NCBI GenBank assembly: GCA_951406725.2
Contig: OX597816.1
Coordinates: 143,530,001-143,594,000 of the forward strand
Source: Octopus vulgaris
Taxonomy: Eukaryota
Reading direction: 5' to 3'
DNA: 64,000 nucleotides
This document shows, piece by piece, positions 54,086 through 64,000 of this stretch. Made by a program: the position numbers and the translations under genes. Numbering within the stretch: position 1 is the first letter of the stretch; each line of letters starts with the position of its first letter. The notes below the pieces were generated by a model. That model was given only the letters and a program-made list of their open reading frames with translations, ran no database searches and was not told the origin of the DNA.

Positions 54086-54180
54086 CCTTTACTCTCAACA
54101 CATGTTTCGAAGACTGCATACCCTTAATTCCGAAGGAATAAAGGGAGCATTATGCCGTCTTCTCATCAGGAAAGACAAGG
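54086..54180 (-). ncRNA. Type I hammerhead ribozyme with canonical core, inside a ~200-bp insert (54042-54248) between microsatellites
   Basis: CCTTgtCTTTC-CTGATGA-GAAGAC.GCATA...TATGC.GTCTTC-GAAA-CATGT-GTT-GAGAGtaAAGG; predicted cut between 54097 and 54096. Confidence 0.8.
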
Positions 54181-54268
54181 AGCCTCTATCAGCCTCAAGA
54201 CGAACAAAAACTTTTTGATGACTGCCTACATGGTGTCCACAGTGGACATACATACATACATACATACA

Positions 54269-54303
<35 letters not shown>

Positions 54304-55103
54304 TCTATATATAAGTTTTAGCACTGATGAACTATAAGTTAGCAAAACAAACAACTACTACCCTTCCGGTCCAATCCACTTTTGTCCCTATTCATGAAAT
54401 CCTCCTTCTGCCTTCCGACAACAATGAATCCCCTCTCCAGCTCCTATATTACGTTTAACCATATACAGTAGATTCATCCAATAGATAGATATATATGTTT
54501 TATATTTTTATACTGTCCTTTAGGATCCTTTTCCCTTAGTCCTATTATTTTAGTTATCACACTTACTCACTTATTTACTTGGTTTTAATTCTATTTTCTT
54601 CTTTTACTTGCGCATACTGGCAATGGTTTATATATTTATTTGATTTGTTTTTTTTTCTTATCTCTTAACCATCAATGAACCGGAACCATGTCATGGTTTC
54701 CAAAAAAGAATAGCAGACCAGTTAAGTTATAGGACTGACAATGACCCCCACCCCACTACACATAGGATTTCAGAGACTTGTTGATCGAAAAAAAATAACG
54801 AACACTAACACCGCACTTTAGTCACCACCTGGTTCCTTACTCTCATTAGTACACTTATATACCAAATTTTCCCATGATGGGTTCACCATCATAGGCTGCT
54901 TATGCCATACCCTCTGCAACGCTGCACATACTAGCTGGCATTTTACATATGAACTTTCACCTCTGTAACACGGGCCATACCTTCAACTGAATCGACTAAA
55001 TGCACATAAATGCTACATCAAAGAACATTTGGACACTTATCCAGCAGAAAAAACGTGTCGGACAGGAATTTAATGTGAATTTAATGAGAACAATACTGGT
55101 AAT

Positions 55104-55363
55104 GTGGAGGCGCGTGGTTTAGTGGTTAGGGTGTCAGCACCATGATCGTAAGATTGTGGTTTCGATTCCTGGACCGGGCGAAGCGTTGTGTTCTTGAGTA
55201 AAACACTTCATTTCACGTTGCTCCAGTCCACTCAGCAGGCAAAAATGAGTAACGCTGCGATGGACTGGCATCCCGTCCAGCTGGGGAAACATACGCCATA
55301 GAAACTGGGAAACCGGGCCCATGAGCCTGGCTAGGCTTTAAAAGGGCGCATTTATTATTTATT
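55104..55363 (+). mobile_element. tRNA-derived SINE family C, full length with 12-bp TSD
   Basis: A box tggtttagtgg, B box gtttcgattcc, central ttgtgttcttgag..ctccagtccactcagc..gcgatggactggcatcccgtccag, (TTA)-type tail; aatactggtaat at 55092-55103 and 55364-55375. Confidence 0.9.
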
Positions 55364-56703
55364 AATACTGGTAATAAACAAATTTTGATGTATAATTGTG
55401 CATTCTTCTGATGATGTCTACACACACATACACACACATACACACACACATAAAGTTTCACATTAAACTAAATGATTACTCTTTTCTCAGTACTTTTCAA
55501 TACAGTATGTATTTATTAATACTGACAAAGAAAATGTTGATGTGACATCAAAGTTTCTGCTTGTTCGTGTTCATCAGAGAGCCCGATGAAGGCAAGTAAA
55601 TCGAAACTTTGATGTCGCTGATAACCTTTTCTTTTAAAGCTGAAAGAGACGGTCTTCTGTTAGAGCCTCTCGAAACCTTAAGTCGCGTGGAACCGAATCA
55701 AACTGTTTTACAATAATACACACACACACACGCATCTATGTGTGTGCGTGTGTGTGTTTAGCATTTATGTATATGCAAAAATAGAACGTAACTTGCTGTA
55801 ATATTTTGTCCCCGAGATACTTCACTTGAGAGTTTAAAAATCACACTTGGCTCAGAATTACATTAGCAGATTGTCAGACACCAATGTTTCGGCTTGACGT
55901 TTTTCTGCCTACGGAGTGGCAAAACGTGTGACGTAATAGTTTTACTTTGAAAAGTAAACTACTCGATTTACAGCCCAGAGAGTCGCTAAAATTATGTTTA
56001 TTGAATTCGGTATATCTCACATTACAGATTAGTTAAGTTTAGACCACTATGAATAGTCTAAGTATATACTGTTATGCAAATTAGACTGAATAGTTTAGCT
56101 GAGTTCTAGGGTGTATACACTATAAATAGCTATAAGCCACCTACACTATAAATAGCTATAAGCCACTAATCTCTCTGTGGACACACGTGTATCCTTTCTC
56201 TGATAAAATCCTAAGAGAACAAACTAATCGGACCGACCCCACTTCTACCTAGGGATAGATAATACCTGTTGATAGTCAATGTGTTTACGTATTACGAAGA
56301 GGCTAAAATTGCATGTTTATTAAAACAGATATACTTTACCTTTCAAATATTTCCAAACGCCAAACGCAAGATATATATATGTAAGCAACCGAATTTCCTG
56401 CAGTGATATCAGTTGAAGTCATAGCAAATAAAGTGGATTGCTTTCAAGTGAAGTACTTAACAATTTCCTGTTCGGCTTCAACACATGACTACCATGTGTA
56501 TATACATTCATACGTAAATGTTTATATGATTGCATCTATGAACACAATTGAACCAATGTACGTATGTAATGATGTACGTTCGCATTTGTATTACGTATAT
56601 AGGGCTATGTATAACGATTTGTACATTTGCATGATTTTATACATACACACTAACATACATACATACATACATACATACATACATACATACATACATACAT
56701 ACA

Positions 56704-56808
<105 letters not shown>

Positions 56809-56825
56809 TCATATATACATATATA

Positions 56826-58077
56826 TTGGGTTGGCAACTAAGTTCCCGTCGTCTTTTAAAATGTAAATGTTTTAAAAGGTTATATAAAATTAACAATTAA
56901 TGAATCAATAATGTATTCATCCTTGTTGTTTACAACTTCTTCCCAACGTTCAACAAGATTTTCAATACCTCGTTGGTAGAAATCACCCGATTTGGACTCG
57001 AAAAATTGATCCAACTAAGCTCTCAATTCTGCATCAGTTTTGAACGAAACTCTGCGCATAGCATTTAAAAGAGATCGAAAGAGGTGGAAATCCGTTGGTG
57101 CCAAATCAGGAGAGTACGGCGCGTGTGGCAGCACTTTCCAGCCATGCATTTGAATGACTTCCTGGGTCATATTGGCGCTATGAGGGCGGGCGTTGTCGTG
57201 CAGCGGAAGAACTCCATGCTGCCGATTTGATATTTTCTCTTGAATAGCCATGTCGAGTCATTCCATCTGTTGAACATAGAGTTCCGCGTTGATCATTTGG
57301 TTCCGTTCAAGCAATTCGTAATGGATAATCCCTTCCCAGTCCCACCATACGCACAACATCGTTTACGTTTTACATGGATGAAGATCTTGTTTCACGCGCG
57401 GTGTCGCTTGTTTACCAAGGCTAAGCCATTCCTTACGCTGCTTCATATTGATGTATAGGCTCTAGTTTTCATCGTCAGTAACGATTCGGTAAAGAAATCG
57501 TTGCTTGTTTCCATGAGTTGAGTGGTGACGAGCAAGCAAACCAGCGGAGATTGTAGCTCGTTGATTTTTGTTATCACTTAAAGCATGCGGAGCTCATGTT
57601 CCATACTTCTGAACCTTTCCCATCGAGTGAAGATGCTTCTCTATAGCAGTTTGGGAGCATTCCATTTTCTCTGCTAGTTCCCTTGTCGTTTGATGTGAAT
57701 TTTCGTGCAAAAGTTGGTTTAATCACTCTTCATCGAACTCAACTGGACAGCCAGGACGAGGTGCGCCTTTGAGGTCAAAATTTCCATTTTTGAACTCGGC
57801 ACACTAATCAGGAGAAGTTCTTTCAGCTACGGCACCCTCTCCATACACAGCACAAATGTCGCGAGCAGCATTTCCGGCTTTAGAACCTTGATTAAAAGCA
57901 AAAAGAAGGAGGTGTCAAAAATGCTCGTTTTTCCTAACTTGACATTCCATTTTAATGATCTGAAAATAAACAAAAATTAACTAAAATTAATTAGAAAAAA
58001 AAAATATATTCCAAAATTTAAAAACGCAATAAATTCCAAAATTTTAAACAAACGGTGGGAACTTAGTTGCCAACCCA
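56826..58077 (-). mobile_element. Full-length mariner (~1.25 kb), transposase pseudogene ~56900-57950
   Basis: TIRs tgggttggcaactaagttccc / gggaacttagttgccaaccca, TA on the left; MECQVRKNEHF*HLLLFAF, RIVTDDE, LHDNARPH, HAPYSPDLAPTDFHLFRSL. Confidence 0.93.
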
Positions 58078-58272
58078 CAGGGTTGACCAAAAGTTACTTG
58101 ATAAAAAATTATTTAATATGAGACTTCGATAGTAAATCGGTAAATAGACAAATTTTTGAAAAAAAAAGAAAAACGGTGATTTTAACTCACAGCATTCATT
58201 TATTAAACATTCATAATTGGAATGAATAAATAGAATTGAATATTAAGTATTTATGGAATTTTGATTAACCGT

Positions 58273-58311
<39 letters not shown>

Positions 58312-58312
<1 letters not shown>

Positions 58313-58833
58313 AGTTGAGTAAAAAGTAAGCAACATTTTAAACCACGAATTTGTACCAGATTTTTGCTGAGTTTTGAATTTAAACATTTTTTTGTAATTG
58401 TCTGATAATACAGATAGAGACTTGCCCAAATGCATCAATAAATTAACAATCATCTTTGAAATTGTCAAAGCGCGATATTCGAGCAAGTTTGCTATTTAAC
58501 TTCAGAAAAGGACGTAGAGCAGCTGAAACTGCTCGCGATATCAATGAAACGTTTGGTGAGGAAATGACCAGTGAGTGGTCAGCTCGAAAATGGTTTAAAC
58601 GACTTGGCCGTGAAGACCTGAGCCTTGAAGATCGTGAGCGTAGTAGACGCCCATCTATCAGCGATGACGGTCAATTAAAGACCGTCATTGAGAAAGATCC
58701 ACGTAAAACCACTTGAGAACTGACAAAAGAACTTCAAATTAGTCAGAAAACTTCCTGCAACCATTTGCATGCGATCGGAAGATAAAAAAAGCTTGATAAA
58801 TGGGTACCACATGATTTGAATGAAAATCAGAAA
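58312..58833 (+). pseudogene. 5' part of another mariner (HTH domain through WVPH)
   Basis: LKLSKRDIRASLLFNFRKG..AAETARDIN..RKWFKR..LEDRERSRRP..KWVPHDLNENQK; cut off by SINE B. Confidence 0.85.
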
Positions 58834-59190
<357 letters not shown>

Positions 59191-59718
59191 AGCATTACAG
59201 CATTCGAACGATCAACACCACTTAGCTGACTGTTGACTCAGTTCATATTTTTCGTTCATCAAACAGCAGTCGCAGAAATATTTACCGGTAACACCTTACA
59301 TATTCAATTTTTTTTTGTCTTTTAAAAATCAAGTGAGAAGTTTTAAATTTGTGTACCTCTTCGGAAACTTTAGTCAGGCGATGATTTTTCTCATTGCGAT
59401 GTATCGTTGTTCGTTATTGTGGAAGGGGTCCTTCCGAAGGGGTCCTTCCGAAGGGCACCCAATTTTAAGGTCCTCTTCAGTAGATCTTTATCTCAAATGC
59501 TAGTACTTCTCGTGACATTCCATAGGGATCAAGCAATCCTCGATATAAGTGAAAAAGATTTTCCCAACCTGAAAATGTTTCTCTCACGAACAAGTCGCTA
59601 TTCCAAATCTTTCATAGCCTTCATGTTTTCTCTATTTACCTGTGTAGGTACGACAATGCCTAGCAATTTTGTGTACAAAGTGAGCCTGTATCTTCATCTG
59701 CATCTTCACACACACACA

Positions 59719-59773
<55 letters not shown>

Positions 59774-61067
59774 TCTCTCTCTCACGGAAAAGCTTACAAT
59801 TCCACCAGTCTATAAAAAGCAGCTGAGACACCAAATCTATCACAGTTCCTGAAAACGAGACTGAAAGTCTGGATATGTTAAACATGGATTTGGGAAAAAT
59901 TTTGTTTTAAAATGCCAGCAAGAAACCGATACGAAAATATGAAACATCTGTAATAAAAAAGTAAACAAAAACTTGGAACATAGTCGTGAGTTTATTGAAA
60001 CGCGCGCTCAATAGACTAAGACACCCAACCACATACACACACACATGCACACACACACACACACGCGCGCGCCACACAGAGGACATACTCATACAACAGT
60101 GTAGGGTCAGTACCGTACACTATGTAACCTGAATATTCATGTGATTTCGATTTATGAACTTTGGTGGCTAATTTGGGAAATTAGGGAAAAGCATAAATTT
60201 CATCCCACAATTCCATTTTCACACCCGCCTAAAATAAGTTTACATTTGATAACTGAAAATTATATGGAGCAGTTCTGATGTAGTTTAGGGATTCCTTAAA
60301 GGAAAATTCAAAAATCCAATGTTTTCTAGTTTTGAAATACACTGTTTTGCATTTTAAAGAGAGAATGAGAGAGAGAAAGAGATAAGAGATAGAGATAGAG
60401 AAAGAGATAAGAGACAGAGATAGAGATAGATGGCTAGAGATAGAAAGAAAGAGACAACAGGAAAGAGAGTGAGAGAGAATGAAAGAGAGAGAGAGAGAGA
60501 CAGTGAGAGAGAATGAAAGAGAGAGAGAGAGAGAATGTGTGTGTCTGTGATTTTGTGCATGAATTTGTGTGTGTCTTTGTGTGGTCGTGTTGTGTTGTTT
60601 GTTTTGCACCTAATCCATGCTTTGGAGAACTTGGGTGATGTGTTGTGCTACGTGTGTGGTGACATGTAGATTAATAGATTAAAGGATCAAAGTAAGAATA
60701 GATAAAATGATAAAAAGACTAGAAAATAAAAAGATAGACAGAGAGTGAGATAGAAAGAGAGAGAGAGAGAAGGCGAGAGAAAGAGCGAGATCAGTAAAAA
60801 TGACTGTGTTAGATGGTAGATGACTCACGAGAGATGATTGTACATGTCAAATTTAGAACTTATAACTTGGCAACTACATGAGTAACTAAGAAGACGTATT
60901 TTTTAGAATTCCATATAAAGGGATATACAAGAGTTCTTATAGAAAAATTTGACTGAAGGAAACAAACATTCTGTTTACTAAATATAAATATAGTAAAGTC
61001 AAAGTTTTGACTGTGATTAGACAAGAAGTTAGTAGATAAAAACTCTCCTTCTAGGAGTGTTTAAACA

Positions 61068-61071
<4 letters not shown>

Positions 61072-61142
<71 letters not shown>
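61072..61142. repeat. (GA)n microsatellite
   Basis: Direct reading. Confidence 0.97.
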
Positions 61143-61146
<4 letters not shown>

Positions 61147-61242
61147 AATAATAAGCATAGGGAATTAACTCCAATAAGATTAATTGGTAGTATAATTTGG
61201 ACAACGTAAAATAAAGCAGATTGGTGATTACAGAAAGGTATA

Positions 61243-61935
61243 TACGAGGGGGTGCCCAAAAGAAACCGGAATTTTGCAATATTATTTTATTCACTTAGTT
61301 TTACAAGATTACGCTTTTATCACCTTCAGAGTATTCTCCATTTGAAGCAATGCATCGGTCCAGACGCGTTTTCCACTGTTCGAAGCAGTCCTAGAACTGT
61401 TATGAAGTGATGCCTTTTAACACATTTGTCGTTTTTTTATCCACTTCTTCCACGTCTACAAAACGTTTTCCTTTAAGGGCTTTTTTCATTCGGGAGAACT
61501 ATAAAAGTTGCAGGGAGCAAGATCAGGTGAACAGGGAAGGTGGGTAAACGGGGTCATGCCATTTTTGGTCAAAAGCTGTTTCATACTCAAGGCGGGGTGC
61601 GCAGGCACATGGTCATGATGAAATCATCATTCTCCACTTTGCCATTGGCCGTATCTTGCAAGCGCTTCAGAATTGCCAAGTAATATGTCTAGGAGGAACA
61701 AATACTATGTGGACAATTCCTTTCGCATCGATGAAACAAATCAGCATCGTCTTAACACTGGAATTCGCTTCACGCACTTCTGTGGGACGTGGTGACTTTG
61801 AATTCTTCCATTAAATGCTTCCACCAGCTTTCGTAACCAGTGATGGCTTTCGGAAAAAGATCCGGATCAACTTCCAACTGTTCTTTCAGTTCACGAAACA
61901 CATTCAGTCGTGCCTGCTTTTGATCTTCCGTGAGA
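61243..61935 (-). mobile_element. 3' part of a mariner with TIR
   Basis: tacgagggggtgcccaaaag TIR; LTEDQKQARL..ITGYESW; HHDH-P-H and PDLAP motifs; GEYSEGD end. Confidence 0.82.
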
Positions 61936-62029
61936 TTATTATTATTATTGTTATTATTATTAACATATACACACAACATATTAGACTGTTGGAAAAGAAA
62001 AAAATCCAAACATCGGGCTAAAAGTAACG

Positions 62030-62289
62030 TTAGATGCCAAGAACCCTCCTATCGAGTTACAACAAGTAACCTAAGATGTCAAGAACCCTCCTAAGTATCC
62101 TAGCTGTCCCTAATAGCACTGTTTTCTGAAATTGTACTAAACTGGGTTAAATGCCTATTTCCTCTATCCATCTGTTCAGATCTTTAGGGATAGTTCCCAA
62201 TGCACCTATAACAACTGGGATACATTTTACCCGCACTTTCCATAGTCTCTGTAATTCAATAGCTAGGTCCTGGTACTTTATGTTTTCTA

Positions 62290-62349
<60 letters not shown>

Positions 62350-62500
62350 ATTAGGCCTTCTGGCTTCTATTACTCTGTCAATCTGAATGTTAGAGTTCCA
62401 CATCTTGTATTTCTTACTTTCTAGTACTTTACTAGGTTCATGTCCATACCATTTATCAGTATGTTCAAATTATAGCTTTCCACATAGCCCCCAGTGGATT
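62030..62500 (-). pseudogene. REL-type LINE 3' fragment split by (TAG)n
   Basis: IQIDRVIEARRP / KYQDLAIELQRLWKV..IPVVIGALGTIP..QKTVLLGTARILRRVL; duplicated 3' tip. Confidence 0.75.
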
Positions 62501-62522
62501 ATTTTCCTCTAGATTATTATCA

Positions 62523-62586
<64 letters not shown>

Positions 62587-62589
<3 letters not shown>

Positions 62590-62782
62590 GATGATCTGGT
62601 AGAGTCGTTAGCACACAGGGCGAAATGCTTAGCGTTAATTCTTCCGTCTTCACGTTCTGAGTTCAAATTCCGCCGAGGTCGAGATTGCTTTTCATCCTTT
62701 CGGAGTCGATAAAATAAGTACCAGTTGAGACTCATCCCCTTCCCCCAAAATTGCTGCTCTTGTGGCAAAATTTGAAACCATT
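62587..62782 (+). mobile_element. SINE family A copy within (TTA)n
   Basis: Matches family A consensus. Confidence 0.85.
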
Positions 62783-62879
62783 ATTATTGTTGTTGTTGTT
62801 ATTATTATTATTATTATTTTGATTTTCTCAGATTCGGTGTTATTCTTAGTAGAAATTATCTGGATAGCAGGTTACTACC

Positions 62880-64000
62880 TGTAACCTGAAGTATCCTCAA
62901 GTTTTCAGCAGTTTTTCAAGTGCTTAGAACCCTCCTGATAATCCTTTACTGTTCGCATGTTCCAAATTCATCCTATTTCAAATTTCAGGTGATTATATTT
63001 CTTTTGTTTTTCTTCCTCTTTCTTTACGACCCCGGAATCAAACGGGCATGATGGGTCGATAAGTAAGCAACTTCATTTCCCCTTATCTATGATTGTAATA
63101 TCTGGTCTATTGTTTTCTAATTTCTTGTCCATTTGAATTGGAAAATCCCACAAAATTTTACATTTTCCCGACTCCTGTATTCTTTCGATCTCGATGATTA
63201 TATCATGTATTTCCAGCTTCAAATCCCCATTTCTGGTACAGTTTCCAGCGTAAAACTTTTACAACCTGGTCGTGCCTCCATTTCTTATATTCTTCCTGCG
63301 CCAACTTGGGGCATTCTGTCACATTGTGTGCTACTGTCTCGTTCCAAATACCACAGGCTCTACATTTTTCTGACACATTCTTTCCATATATATTTTTTCT
63401 CAAGCTGTTTGTTTTTATCGCTTGATCTTGGGCTGCTACAATTAGGCTCTCTGTTTCTTTTTTAATTACCCCTTTTTTTAACCAAGTCCAGGATTTTTTT
63501 CCACATACGTCTTCAGTGGCTCTTCAAAATTGGCCATGCAGAGGTTTCTCTTCGATGTGTATGACGTGCTCTCTTTGTATTTCATTCTTGTCCTTTTCTC
63601 CTATTACGTGCTTCATCACCTTTTCTTTCTTAACTACCTTTAATGGTTTTTCTGTGATGCTCTGTAAATATTCTACTGTACGTTTTCTTTCCATTTGTAT
63701 ACATTCTTCTACTGCCATTAATCCTCTTCCACCCTGGTCTCTCCTCAAGTACAGCCGGTTGATATCAGCTTTCGGATGGTGGGCTCCATACATCGTCAAT
63801 AACTTACTAGTTTTTCTGTCAAGTTTCTTTATTTCGTTTCTAGTCCAGTCTATTATTCAAACTCCATATCTGATTAAGGTACTACAGTTGAATTTATTGA
63901 TTCAATGAGATTTTTTGAATTCAGCTTTGACTGCAATAATTTTCTGACTCTCTTCTGGTAATTTGTTTCATTTCTTGTTTTTATAAAATTTTTTTACCTC
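62880..64000 (-). pseudogene. Degenerate R4/Dong-like LINE (RT C-terminus, Zn knuckle, REL), continues beyond the window
   Basis: HHPKADINRLYLRRDQGGRGL, HGQF, IVAAQDQAI, CRACG..ETVAH..EC..RHDQV, NRPDITI..LIDPSCPFD. Confidence 0.85.

Noticed and set aside
55104-55180. tRNA gene
   Set aside because: A/B boxes are present but continue into a SINE body with tail and TSD; no cloverleaf or poly-T terminator

Overview
This is AT-rich, microsatellite-saturated animal DNA made almost entirely of transposable-element debris, and no host protein-coding gene can be recognised with confidence. The SINE families and repeat landscape strongly suggest an octopus (coleoid cephalopod) genome, which is an inference. 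Identifiable elements are: a 5'-truncated CR1-group LINE with an open RT frame nested inside a long-TIR foldback element; a near full-length RTE LINE (one ~1120-codon frame with two in-frame TGA stops); a Penelope-like GIY-YIG relic; many R4/Dong-like restriction-like-endonuclease (REL) LINE fragments in (TAA)n tracts; at least five distinct mariner relics; a hAT MITE; and four SINE-type repeat families. The most interesting signal is non-coding. Several short Penelope-derived, often foldback, inserts between (TA)n/(TACA)n microsatellites carry minimal type-I hammerhead ribozyme motifs. One has a fully canonical core (54086-54180, minus). Others have non-canonical cores (CCGACGA, CTGTTGA, TTGATGA) while keeping stems I-III and the cleavage triplet. 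Most ORF-track entries are microsatellite or antisense artefacts.
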